Assembly: GCA_963665775.2 (NCBI GenBank)
Contig: CAXXTF010000002.1
Coordinates: 1,344,001 to 1,408,000, forward strand
Reading direction: 5' to 3'
Source of the DNA: Dehalococcoidia bacterium
Lineage (GTDB): Bacteria; Chloroflexota; Dehalococcoidia; SM23-28-2; RBG-16-64-32
DNA: 64,000 bases
In this document: positions 40,434 through 49,327 of the stretch, piece after piece
Position numbering within the stretch: position 1 is the first letter of the stretch
Layout: each line of letters opens with the position of its first letter
Made by a program: the position numbers and the translations under genes
Notes under the pieces: model-generated
What the model was told of the DNA's origin: nothing
The model's input: the letters and a program-made list of their open reading frames with translations, nothing else
The model's database searches: none

Positions 40434-41413
40434 TGAAAGCGCTCCGGGTACAGGAAGCGGGCCAGGGTCTCCAGCGCTTCTACCAGCCGCGGGCCGGGGC
40501 GTTGGACGATGTCGGGGTCGACGACATGGACACGATCATCGATCACGGCGGAGATATTGCTCCAGCCGGGGCGGGCCTTCACTGACGTCACACTGACCGG
40601 TGGGTCATCGGCGAGGATAATGACCTCTGGGTCTTTAACGATTACAGTTTCAAGGTTCAGTTGGGGATAAGCCAGTCCCGTTTCGGCTGCGATGTTCTGA
40701 GCCTTGAGCAAATTGTATATGTCATTCTCGAAGCTACCGGAGCCAGCGGTGAACAGCATGGCGTCCAGCTCGTGGAAGATGCGCGGGCCCTGATCGACGT
40801 CGGTCAGCTTCTCGCTGACGGCGTCGATACCGTCCCTCATCTCGGCCGTGACGGTCTCTGCCTCGTCCTCGTGCCCCGTGACGCGGCCGAGAAGCTCGAT
40901 CTGGTCGAAAACCTCTTGCACCGAGGAGGGGGAGGCCAGGAAAAGGACGGGAATGCCGAGCCTTTCCAGCGCCTCCTGAAGGCCGCCCGGATCGAAGAAG
41001 ATGAGGACCAGGTCAGGATTCAGCACCGCAATACCCTCCACGCTGGGCGAGAAGGCATCGAGGTGCGGCAGGTCAGCCGCCGCGGACGGATAGTCGGAGA
41101 AGTTGTCCACCGCGGCGACAGAGTTACCAGCGCCGATGGCGAAGAGTATCTCCACGAAGGCGGGTGCCAGAGCCATGATCCTCTGAGGCGGGAGCTCCAC
41201 CCGCACTTCTCGTCCGTTGCTGTCCGTGACGGTGACAGGAAAGAGCTCAACTGGCGCGGGAGAGGGAGTTTCGGCGGCCGGGGCAATTGTCACGGCGGGC
41301 GTTTCGGTGGCCGCCGTGGTCTGGGGAGCGACCCCGTCGCCACCGCCGCCACAGGCGATGGCGGCCAGGGCCAGGACGGCCACTAAGATTAGGAGCGGAT
41401 TACGAGCGCTCAT
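40430..41413 (-). CDS. Cobalamin-binding lipoprotein (BtuF-like)
   Basis: LAAIACGG lipobox, PQRIMALAP, SDYP, RPGPR; RBS GGAGGT; downstream of B12 riboswitch. Confidence 0.9.
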   Translation of the reverse strand: MSARNPLLILVAVLALAAIACGGGGDGVAPQTTAATETPAVTIAPAAETPSPAPVELFPVTVTDSNGREVRVELPPQRIMALAPAFVEILFAIGAGNSVAAVDNFSDYPSAAADLPHLDAFSPSVEGIAVLNPDLVLIFFDPGGLQEALERLGIPVLFLASPSSVQEVFDQIELLGRVTGHEDEAETVTAEMRDGIDAVSEKLTDVDQGPRIFHELDAMLFTAGSGSFENDIYNLLKAQNIAAETGLAYPQLNLETVIVKDPEVIILADDPPVSVTSVKARPGWSNISAVIDDRVHVVDPDIVQRPGPRLVEALETLARFLYPERFQ

Positions 41414-41455
41414 ATGAGACACCTCCCGATTGCTGTCGGAAGGCAAGGGAGCAGC

Positions 41456-41489
41456 GAAAAAATAACCCCTGCCCGAGTTGGCAGGGGTC
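41456..41489 (-). terminator. Riboswitch expression-platform terminator
   Basis: Minus strand GACCCCTGCC-AACTCG-GGCAGGGGTT-ATTTTTT. Confidence 0.75.
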
Positions 41490-41542
41490 CGCGTTTCATC
41501 GCCTAGCCCAATGCCTTTCCTCGAAGGCTGGAACCCAGACGA

Positions 41543-41680
41543 TGGCAGGCGACCTGGCTCCCCCAGTATCGTCAGGAGGGGCGACCCGGGGATACAGTTG
41601 CGGGACAGCGCCGGCCTCTCACCGGCTTCGCTTTTGACCCCTGCCCTCCCGGCAACGAGAGGCCCGCTGCCGCAGGGTCG
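41543..41680 (-). ncRNA. Cobalamin riboswitch
   Basis: Minus strand AAAAGCGAAGCCGGTGAGAGGCCGGCGCTGTCCCGCAACTGT...GAGCCAGGTCGCCTGCC; ends approximate. Confidence 0.9.
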
Positions 41681-41820
41681 TGGGGACCACTGTCTTCGCT
41701 ATTCGGTTGTTGACCGCACTATAGCAGCCGCCCGCAAACCGAGTCAAGCTACCGTTGAACGGGGCGGCGCCAGGCCATACCATACGGGCACAGGCAGTTC
41801 AGCCAGCCACGAGGTGAGCG

Positions 41821-42612
41821 ATGGATCTGGGACTGAAAGGTAAGGTAGCCCTGGTAGGGGGGTCAAGCAAGGGGATCGGTCGGGCGGCGGCCACAGCCCT
41901 GGCCAGGGAAGGGTGCAAGGTCGCCATCTGCGCCCGCGGCGACACAGCCCTGACTGCCACCGCCCAGACGATCCGTCAGCAGACGATGGCCCAGGTCCTG
42001 CCCCTGGTCTGCGATATGGCCAGCTATGAGGACATCAAGCACGTCGTGGCGGAGACGGTGAAGACGTTCGGGCGGCTGGACATCGTGGTGAACAACGCCG
42101 GCGGGCCGCCCACAGGCTCCTTCGACGACTTCGCCGAGGAGAGTTGGCAGCAGGCCATAAGCCAGAACCTCCTCTCGGCCATTCGCACCACTCGCGAGGC
42201 GCTGCCTCACCTCCGTCGCTCCGGCTCCGGGCGGATCATCAACATCACATCCGTGTCCGTAAAGCAGCCGATCGACTACCTCATCCTCTCCAACACGACG
42301 CGGCTAGGCGTGGTGGGTATGGCCAAGACCCTATCGCGGGAGGTAGCCGCGGAAGGGATAACGGTAAACAACGTCTGCCCCGGCAACATCGCCACGGAGC
42401 GGCTGGTATCCCTCATCGAGGAGCGGGCCCAACGGCAGGGGATCCCCATGGAGCAGGCGATGGAGGTAGAGGAGGCACGGCTACCTATGGGCTTCCTGGG
42501 CGACCCGGGCGATGTGGCGAGCCTGGTGGTGTTCCTGGCCTCGGCCAAGGCCCGCTACATCACGGGCGCCACCATCCAGGTCGACGGCGGCAGCACCACA
42601 GCGATCTTTTAG
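41821..42612 (+). CDS. SDR oxidoreductase (FabG-like)
   Basis: GGSSKGIG, NNAGG, SNTTR variant of the active-site helix, VDGG. Confidence 0.92.
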   Translation: MDLGLKGKVALVGGSSKGIGRAAATALAREGCKVAICARGDTALTATAQTIRQQTMAQVLPLVCDMASYEDIKHVVAETVKTFGRLDIVVNNAGGPPTGSFDDFAEESWQQAISQNLLSAIRTTREALPHLRRSGSGRIINITSVSVKQPIDYLILSNTTRLGVVGMAKTLSREVAAEGITVNNVCPGNIATERLVSLIEERAQRQGIPMEQAMEVEEARLPMGFLGDPGDVASLVVFLASAKARYITGATIQVDGGSTTAIF

Positions 42613-42726
42613 GGACGCGCTAGCCCGTCATCGCACCGCCGCGTCACCCTCGTCCAGGGCGCGTTCCTCTCGGCCAGGCAGGCGGCACCACCATCTCCAA
42701 CGGTATAATATCCCCGAGGATTAACC

Positions 42727-42915
42727 ATGACCGCCATCAAGCTCGCGGGCCTTTCTCCACACCCCCCAATCATCGTCCAGGCCAGCGTCGTACGCGGCCC
42801 CCTCCTGCCCGACATCGAGGACAAGCGGCGGGTCGCCATCGCTAGACCGAAGGCCCTCAACCACCCCGATGACCCGGCCCAGCACAGCCGGTTCGCGGCA
42901 AAGCGATTCAGTTGA
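42727..42915 (+). pseudogene. N-terminal remnant of a LigB/MEMO-like protein
   Basis: TATAAT + GAGGA then MTAIKLAGLSPHPPIIV; similarity appears to end after about 17 aa. Confidence 0.45.
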
Positions 42916-42950
42916 CCACTCCCCCCAAGTCCCTCACCACCCTCGAATAC
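42913..42950 (+). repeat. 38-bp direct repeat, copy 1 (copy 2 at 43342-43379)
   Basis: TGACCACTCCCCCCAAGTCCCTCACCACCCTCGAATAC identical in both places. Confidence 0.95.
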
Positions 42951-43341
42951 CCCGCGCTCATCCTGAGCCTGTCGAAGGACGAGCACATGGAGCGTCTCCC
43001 GTGAGCTTCTACGTTTATATCCTCCGCTGCACCGACGGCTCCTACTATGCCGGCCACACGGATAATCTCGAAAAACGACTCGCCGCCCACCAGAGTGGGG
43101 AAATCCAAGGCTACACCTATTCTCGTCGGCCCGTTCGCGTCGTGTTTATGCAAGAATTCCCTTCGCGGGAAGATGCCTTCCTACGAGAGAGACAAATAAA
43201 GGGTTGGTCGAGGCGGAAGAAAGAAGCCCTGATCAGAGGGGGCTGGGAGTGCCTCAGACGGCTTTCCCGCGCTCATGGTTCGACAGGCTCGCCATGAGCG
43301 GCTTGATCCAAATCCGGAGTCGAGATTCCTGATCCGCCTGA
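42951..43341 (+). mobile_element. Candidate REP-GIY-YIG-REP cassette
   Basis: Inverted palindromes at 42955-42984 and 43270-43300 flank a lower-GC nuclease gene; whole unit sits between the 38-bp direct repeats. Confidence 0.6.
43001..43297 (+). CDS. Stand-alone GIY-YIG nuclease (UPF0213/YhbQ-like)
   Basis: FYVYILRCTDGSYYAGHTDNLEKRLAAH, YT..RRP, ERQIKGWSRRKKEALI. Confidence 0.93.
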   Translation: MSFYVYILRCTDGSYYAGHTDNLEKRLAAHQSGEIQGYTYSRRPVRVVFMQEFPSREDAFLRERQIKGWSRRKKEALIRGGWECLRRLSRAHGSTGSP

Positions 43342-45734
43342 TGACCACTCCCCCCAAGTCCCTCACCACCCTCGAATACGATAAGATCATCGGTCGCCTG
43401 GCCGGGCTCTGCGAGACCGCCGCCGCTCGCAGCCTCGCCCTCGATCTCACCCCTTCCTCCGACTATCGAGAGGTCCTCCACCGGCAGCGCCTCACGGCCG
43501 AGGCCCGCCGCCTGCTGGAGATGAAGCCCGGCCTCTCCCTGGCCCCCGCTCGCGACATCCGCGACCTCGTCCGGCAGGCCGCCCTGGGCCACATCCTGGC
43601 CGCCGCCGAGCTCCTGGACGTCCAGGCTACCCTTACCCTGGCCCGCTCCGTTCACGATACGATCAACCGGCTGCGGGTCCACCTCCCCTTCCTGGCCGAG
43701 ATCGCCGACGCCATCGCCGACCTCGCCGAGGTGACGGCGGCGATCGCCCGCTGCCTCAACCCCCGCGCCGAGGTGATCGACAGCGCCTCCCCCGTCCTCG
43801 CCCAGATCCGCCACGACAGCCGCCAAGCCCACGACCGCCTCTCCCATCGCCTGCAGCAGATCGTCAACTCATCGGCCCGCACGGCCCTCCAGGAGCCGAT
43901 CATAACCCTCCGCGACGGCCGCTACGTCGTCCCTGTCAAGGCCGAGCTGCGCTCCCATATCCCCGGCATCGTCCACGATGTCTCCTCCTCCGGCGCTACC
44001 GTCTTCCTGGAACCGCTGGCCACCGTCGAACTGGGAAACACCTGGCGCGAGATGCTGGCCGAGGAGCAGCGCGAGATCCAGCGCATCCTCCGCGATCTCT
44101 CCATCCTCGTCGGCGACCGCGCCGACGACATCGTCGCTACCGCCGGCGCCCTGGCCGAGATCGACCTCTCCCTGGCCAAGGGCCGCCTCGGCGACGCCCT
44201 CGGCGCCGGCGAGCTACCCCACGAGGGCCACGAGCAGCCCTGGCTGCTCCCCCACACCGACGAGCTGCGCCTGGTCAACGCCCGCCATCCGCTCCTCACC
44301 GGCGAGGTGATCCCGATCACCGTCTGGGCCGGCGCTCAGGGGCACGGCTTTAGCGTCCTTCTGATCACCGGCCCCAACACCGGCGGCAAGACCGTCGCCC
44401 TCAAGACCGTCGGACTGCTCTCGCTCATGGCCCAGGCCGGCCTCCCCATCCCCGCCGACGCCGACTCCCGCCTTCCCATCTTCGACGCCGTCTACGCCGA
44501 CATCGGCGACGAGCAGTCGATCGAGCAGTCGCTCTCCACCTTCAGCTCCCACATCGGAAACATCATCGCCATCATGGACGTCGCCACCGCCGACTCCCTC
44601 GTCCTTCTGGACGAGCTGGGCGCCGGCACCGACCCCGCCGAGGGGGCCGCCCTGGCCAAGGCGATCCTCTCCCACCTCCTACGCCGCGGCTGCCTCACCG
44701 TCGCCACCACGCACCACGGCGAGCTCAAGGCCTTCGCCCACGTCACGGAGGGCCTGGCCAACGCCTCCGTGGAGTTCGATCCGGAGAGCCTTTCCCCCAC
44801 CTTCCGCCTGCACATCGGCCTCCCCGGCCAGTCCAACGCCCTGGCCATCGCCCAGCGCCTGGGCATGCCCGCACCGATCCTCGATCAGGCGCGAGATAGC
44901 ATCGACCCCGACCGGCTGGCCGTCGAGTCGCTCATCGTCGACCTCCACCGCCAGCGGGAGGCCGGCGAGACGGCCCGCACAACCCAGGAGGCCGCCACCG
45001 AGGCCGCCCAGCGCGCCCGCGACCGCGTCACCCAGGAGCTGGCCGCCCTGGAGGCGAACCGCGACCGGCTGCTGGAGGGCACCCGCCGCGAGCTGGAGGA
45101 CGAGCTGAGCCAGGCCCGCGCTCGCCTCCGCGAAGCCGTCCGCGATCTGGAGCGGGCCGAGCGGCTCTCGGTCTTCGAGCGGATGACCGCCGTGGAGGCC
45201 GCCCAGGGGGAGGTCGACGATGTCCAGGAGACGGTCCGCAATCTGGAGCGCCGCCGCCGGCCCGTCCGTCGTGGCCCCCTGCCCGCCATCGAGCCCGGCG
45301 ACCGCCTCTACCTGCGCGACCTCCCCCTCCCCGGCGAGGCGATTGCCGCCCCCGACGCTCAGGGCGAGGTCGAGGTGAAGCTGGGCGCCCTCCACGCCCG
45401 CGTCTCCCTCCGGCAGATCGAGCGGGTGGAGAAACGGGGCCCAGAGCGCGAGCCGCCGCCCCTGCGCCCGTCTGCCACGCCGCCGCACGTCCCGCCGGAG
45501 CTGGGCCTGCGCGGCCTCTCCGTGGACGAGGCGCTCCCCCTGATCGACCAGCGGCTGGACGAGGCGTTCCGGGCCGGGGTGGAGAGCCTTCGCCTGATCC
45601 ACGGGAAGGGCACCGGCACCCTGCGCCGCGCCGTCCGCGACATGCTCTCCAAGCACCCCCTGGTGCGCTCCCACGCCCCCGCTCCACCCCGCGAGGGGGG
45701 CGACGGCGTAACGGTGGTAGAGATCGCAGTATAA
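43341..45734 (+). CDS. mutS2: MutS2 family ATPase/endonuclease
   Basis: ITGPNTGGKT, DIGDEQSIEQSLSTFS, LDELGAGTDP, TTH, Smr IHGKGTG. Confidence 0.96.
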   Translation: MTTPPKSLTTLEYDKIIGRLAGLCETAAARSLALDLTPSSDYREVLHRQRLTAEARRLLEMKPGLSLAPARDIRDLVRQAALGHILAAAELLDVQATLTLARSVHDTINRLRVHLPFLAEIADAIADLAEVTAAIARCLNPRAEVIDSASPVLAQIRHDSRQAHDRLSHRLQQIVNSSARTALQEPIITLRDGRYVVPVKAELRSHIPGIVHDVSSSGATVFLEPLATVELGNTWREMLAEEQREIQRILRDLSILVGDRADDIVATAGALAEIDLSLAKGRLGDALGAGELPHEGHEQPWLLPHTDELRLVNARHPLLTGEVIPITVWAGAQGHGFSVLLITGPNTGGKTVALKTVGLLSLMAQAGLPIPADADSRLPIFDAVYADIGDEQSIEQSLSTFSSHIGNIIAIMDVATADSLVLLDELGAGTDPAEGAALAKAILSHLLRRGCLTVATTHHGELKAFAHVTEGLANASVEFDPESLSPTFRLHIGLPGQSNALAIAQRLGMPAPILDQARDSIDPDRLAVESLIVDLHRQREAGETARTTQEAATEAAQRARDRVTQELAALEANRDRLLEGTRRELEDELSQARARLREAVRDLERAERLSVFERMTAVEAAQGEVDDVQETVRNLERRRRPVRRGPLPAIEPGDRLYLRDLPLPGEAIAAPDAQGEVEVKLGALHARVSLRQIERVEKRGPEREPPPLRPSATPPHVPPELGLRGLSVDEALPLIDQRLDEAFRAGVESLRLIHGKGTGTLRRAVRDMLSKHPLVRSHAPAPPREGGDGVTVVEIAV

Positions 45735-45744
45735 TTGCGGCGCT

Positions 45745-46875
45745 ATGGAAACCGTCGGCATCATCGTTGGGATAATCGCAGGGATCGTGGCCATCTTGGG
45801 CGGCGTAGTTGGCATGTGGTTTCGGCTGCGGCCCAGACCGGACAGTGAACGTTTAACCCTTGAGCTAATCGACGAGAGGGTTAAGCAGGCAGTAGCGGCT
45901 AGCTTCGATGAACTTCAGAAAGGGGCACTCACGCCACCCGCTGGCACAACGCCTGTTGACACTGACGCCCTGGCAGGGGCAGCCACCGAACGCACCGCCC
46001 AGCTCCTCGGCGAAGCCGTCGAACTACAGGGCCAGCACAGGGAGCGCGAGGCGATCGAACGGCTGCTGACCGCCTACGATATGGAGATACCACCCGTGGC
46101 CAAGGCCCAGCTTCACATCCTCGCCGGCAACGGCTTCCTGCGGCTTAGCGTACTCGAACAAGCCGAGGGCCATTACTACGATGCGCTGGTAGCTGCCGAG
46201 GAGACGGGCCATCAGCAAGGCCAGGCCGCCGCCCTCAGCGGCCTGGGCATCGTCTATCGCCAGCGCGGCGACCTGGACCGGGCCGAGGAGCACCACCAGA
46301 AGGCCCTCGCCATCGACGAGGAGATCGGCAACCGCCTGGGCCAGGCCAACCAGCTCGGCAACCTGGGCAACGTCTACCTGGAGCGCGGTGACCTGGACAG
46401 GGCCGAGGAGCACCACAAGAGGGCCCTCGACATCAGCAGGAAGATCGGAAACCGCCTGAGCGAGGCCCAGGACCTCGGCAACCTGGGCGGCGTCTACGCC
46501 CAACACGCCGACCTGGACCGGGCCGAGGAGCACCACAAGAGGGCCCTCGCCATCGACGAGGAGATCGACAACCGCCTGGGCCAGGCCAACCAGCTCGGCA
46601 ACCTGGGCAACGTCTACGCCGACCGCGGCGACCTGGACCGGGCGGAGGAGCACCACCAGAAGGCCCTCGACATCAGCAGGGAAATCGGCAACCGCCTGAG
46701 CGAGGCCCAGGACCTCGGCAACCTGGGCAACGTCTACTCCCGGCGCGGCAACCTGGACCGGGCCAAGGAGCACTACCAGAAAGCACTATCGCTTTTCCAG
46801 GAGGTTGGCGCTCAACCCCAGATCGCGCAGACGCAACGCCTCATCGACGAGCTAAGAACACCTCCCCAAGAATGA
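45745..46875 (+). CDS. Membrane-anchored TPR protein
   Basis: N-terminal TM, 40-aa repeats GNLGNVY..RGDLDRAEEHHQKAL. Confidence 0.9.
   Translation: METVGIIVGIIAGIVAILGGVVGMWFRLRPRPDSERLTLELIDERVKQAVAASFDELQKGALTPPAGTTPVDTDALAGAATERTAQLLGEAVELQGQHREREAIERLLTAYDMEIPPVAKAQLHILAGNGFLRLSVLEQAEGHYYDALVAAEETGHQQGQAAALSGLGIVYRQRGDLDRAEEHHQKALAIDEEIGNRLGQANQLGNLGNVYLERGDLDRAEEHHKRALDISRKIGNRLSEAQDLGNLGGVYAQHADLDRAEEHHKRALAIDEEIDNRLGQANQLGNLGNVYADRGDLDRAEEHHQKALDISREIGNRLSEAQDLGNLGNVYSRRGNLDRAKEHYQKALSLFQEVGAQPQIAQTQRLIDELRTPPQE
46265..46780 (+). repeat. Near-identical 120-bp intragenic tandem repeats (ABAB)
   Basis: ACCTGGAC(C/A)GGGC recurs at 46271, 46391, 46511, 46631, 46751. Confidence 0.9.
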
Positions 46876-46889
46876 TCACCGCCCGCGCC

Positions 46890-46922
46890 CGCTCGCCCTT
46901 CGACAGGCTCAGGGTGAGCGGG
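46890..46922. repeat. Solo REP-like palindrome
   Basis: CGCTCGCCC-TTCGACAGGCTCA-GGGTGAGCG. Confidence 0.85.
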
Positions 46923-46960
46923 CACTGTCCACTATCCACCGTCAACTGTAGACTAGCCCC

Positions 46961-47917
46961 ATGATCACCGTCCTGGCCGGCGGCGTCGGCGCCGCCCGCT
47001 TCCTCCAGGGCCTCCTCGCCGTCCACCCGCCCTCGGACGTCACCATCGTCTCCAACGTCGGCGACGACGCCCAGTTCTTCGGCCTCCACGTCTCCCCGGA
47101 CATCGACATCGTCCTCTACCACCTGGCCGGCCTGGCCGACGAGGAGCGCGGCTTCGGCCTCCGCGGCGACACCACACACACCATCGACGCCCTCGCCGGC
47201 TTCGGCTACGACCCCTGGTTCCGCCTGGGCGACCGCGACCTGGCCACCTGCATCGCCCGCACGGACCTCCTCCGTCGCGGCCACACCCTCTCCCAGGCCA
47301 CCGGCGAGATCGCCCGCGCCCTGGGCCTCCCCACCCGCCTCCTCCCCGCCACCGATGATCCCCTGCGCACGATGATCCGCACCGACGACGCCCTCCTGGA
47401 GTTCCAGGAGTACTTCGTGAAGCGCGGCGCCCAGGACCCCGTCCGCGAGGTGATCTTCCGGGGCGCGGAGACGGCCCGCCCCGCCCCCGGCGTCCTGGAG
47501 GCGATCCGCCAAGCGAAGGCCATCATCCTCGCCCCCTCCAACCCCCTCGTCAGCGTCGGGCCTATCCTGGCCGTCCCCGGCGTCCGGGAGGCGCTCCGGG
47601 AGACCCGGGCCGGAACACATCCTGAGCCACGTCGAAGGATCGTCGCCGTCAGCCCCATCGTCGGCGGCACCGCCCTCAAGGGGCCCGCCGCCCGCATGCT
47701 CCGCGAGCAGGGGTTGGCGGCCAGCGCCACCACCATCGCCCACCTCTACCGGGACTTCCTGGACGTGCTGGTCATCGACGACGTGGACGCCGACCTCCGC
47801 CCGGAGATCGAGGCGCTGGGCTTGGAAGTTACGGTCACCGATACGATAATGAGCTCGATGGAAAAGAAGGCCGCCCTGGCCCGCACCGTCCTCAGCGCCG
47901 CGCAGGCGTCGAGATGA
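46961..47917 (+). CDS. cofD: Phospholactate/PEP-guanylyl:FO transferase (F420 biosynthesis)
   Basis: LAGGVGAARF, NVGDD, GLHVSPDID, WFRLGDRD, FQEYFV, PSNP.VS, VSPI, KGPA. Confidence 0.95.
   Translation: MITVLAGGVGAARFLQGLLAVHPPSDVTIVSNVGDDAQFFGLHVSPDIDIVLYHLAGLADEERGFGLRGDTTHTIDALAGFGYDPWFRLGDRDLATCIARTDLLRRGHTLSQATGEIARALGLPTRLLPATDDPLRTMIRTDDALLEFQEYFVKRGAQDPVREVIFRGAETARPAPGVLEAIRQAKAIILAPSNPLVSVGPILAVPGVREALRETRAGTHPEPRRRIVAVSPIVGGTALKGPAARMLREQGLAASATTIAHLYRDFLDVLVIDDVDADLRPEIEALGLEVTVTDTIMSSMEKKAALARTVLSAAQASR
47618..47639 (+). repeat. REP-like copy inside cofD
   Basis: CATCCTGAGCCACGTCGAAGGA, read in frame as HPEPRRR. Confidence 0.7.
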
Positions 47918-48579
47918 TCGCCGCCCTCGTCCCCGCCAAGGCGCTCGACCAGGCGAAAGGCCGCCTCGCCGGCGTCCTCAGCGAGAGCGAACGGCGGCGG
48001 CTGGCCCTGGCCATGCTGGCGGACGTCCTTCGCACCCTCCAGGCCGTCCCCCGCCTCGACCTCATCGCCACCGTCAGCCCCGACACCGACGTCCTGGCTC
48101 GCGCCCAGGGCCTGGGCAGCGAGCCCATCGCCGAGCCACCTTCCGCCCGGGGCATCAACCGGGCCCTTACGCACGCCCTGGGCGTAATCTCGCCCCGCGG
48201 CATCGACACCCTCCTCGTCGTCGTGGCCGACGTGCCGGCCGTATCCCCCAGCGACATCGAGGCCGTCCTCGACGCCCTCTCCCCCCAGGGAGGCGCCGTC
48301 ATCTGCCCCTCCCTGGCTCAGGGCACCAGCGCCCTCGCCCTCCGCCCGCCGGACGCCATCCCCTTCCGCTTCGGCCCGCACTCCTTCGCCGCCCACAAGC
48401 GCGAGGCCGCTGCCCGTGACGTTTCGGCCCATATCCAGAGAATCGACTCCCTGGCCGCCGACATCGACGGCCCCGACGACCTCCTCGACCTCATCTCGCG
48501 GCCCGCCGACACCGCCACCCACCGCCTGCTCGATCAGATGCGCCTGCCCGAACGGCTCCAGGCCAGCCGCCACCGTTAA
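47914..48579 (+). CDS. cofC: Phospholactate/PEP guanylyltransferase
   Basis: VPAKALDQAKGRL, AMLADVL, ADVP, GTSAL, FGPHSF, DIDGPDDL. Confidence 0.92.
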   Translation: MIAALVPAKALDQAKGRLAGVLSESERRRLALAMLADVLRTLQAVPRLDLIATVSPDTDVLARAQGLGSEPIAEPPSARGINRALTHALGVISPRGIDTLLVVVADVPAVSPSDIEAVLDALSPQGGAVICPSLAQGTSALALRPPDAIPFRFGPHSFAAHKREAAARDVSAHIQRIDSLAADIDGPDDLLDLISRPADTATHRLLDQMRLPERLQASRHR

Positions 48580-48588
48580 GGAGCGCCT

Positions 48589-49221
48589 ATGCAATCGGAA
48601 GCCGAGCCAGTAGCGACGACAATCGCCTCTCGCCGCTCCATTCGCCGCTTCGACTCCCACCCCGTGCCTGCCGACGCCGTCCGCGACCTCATCGCCCTGG
48701 CCTGCACCGCCCCGGCCCCCCACGCCTCCCACCCCTGGCGCTTCGTCCACATCACCTCGCCGGAAGCGAAGGACAACCTGGCAGACGCGGCAGCGGACTC
48801 CTGGCGGGCGGACCTGGACCGCGCCGGGCAGAGCGTGCACACCATCCACAAGCTACTCTCCCGCTCCCGACGCCGGCTCATGGAGGCCCCGGTACTAATC
48901 CTGGCCTGCCTCAGCTTGAACGAGGCCCGCCCCTGGCCCGACCAGTCCCGCCGCCGCGCCGAGCGCGACATGTTCGTGCAGAGCCTGGGCGCCGCCCTCC
49001 AGAACCTCCTGCTCGCCGCCTACGCCCGCGGCCTTGCCGGCTACCTCAAGGGCGCCCCTCTCTTCTGCGCAAACGCCGTCCGCGAGGCCCTGGGACTTCC
49101 TGCGGACTGGGAGCCCGCCTCGTTCGTTCTCCTCGGCTATCCGAAGGGCGGGGTCGAACCTCTACCTCTACCGCGACCCCGATCGCCCCACGATGTCGAC
49201 GACTTCCTGACGACCCGCTGA
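48589..49221 (+). CDS. Nitroreductase-family protein resembling FbiB C-terminal domain (candidate dehydro-F420 reductase)
   Basis: RRSIRRF, TAPAPHASHPWRF, WRADL, GAALQNLLLAA, PLFC; follows cofC. Confidence 0.78.
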   Translation: MQSEAEPVATTIASRRSIRRFDSHPVPADAVRDLIALACTAPAPHASHPWRFVHITSPEAKDNLADAAADSWRADLDRAGQSVHTIHKLLSRSRRRLMEAPVLILACLSLNEARPWPDQSRRRAERDMFVQSLGAALQNLLLAAYARGLAGYLKGAPLFCANAVREALGLPADWEPASFVLLGYPKGGVEPLPLPRPRSPHDVDDFLTTR

Positions 49222-49327
49222 CAGGCCCCATCCGCCCGCCAGCTCACCCCTAGTCCGCCGAGCACGAACGCCGCATCGCCCACTCCTCTGTGCTAATCTG
49301 GGGCCAGACTAGAGAGAAGGAGGTCCC

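Noticed and set aside
42869-43000. N-terminal extensions of GIY-YIG (and of MutS2 at 43275-43340)
   Set aside because: They merely read through the repeats; domain starts are at 43001 and 43341.
46265-46780. Regular repeats as a CRISPR array
   Set aside because: Period of 120 bp, in frame, no unique spacers, no cas genes; they encode TPR units.
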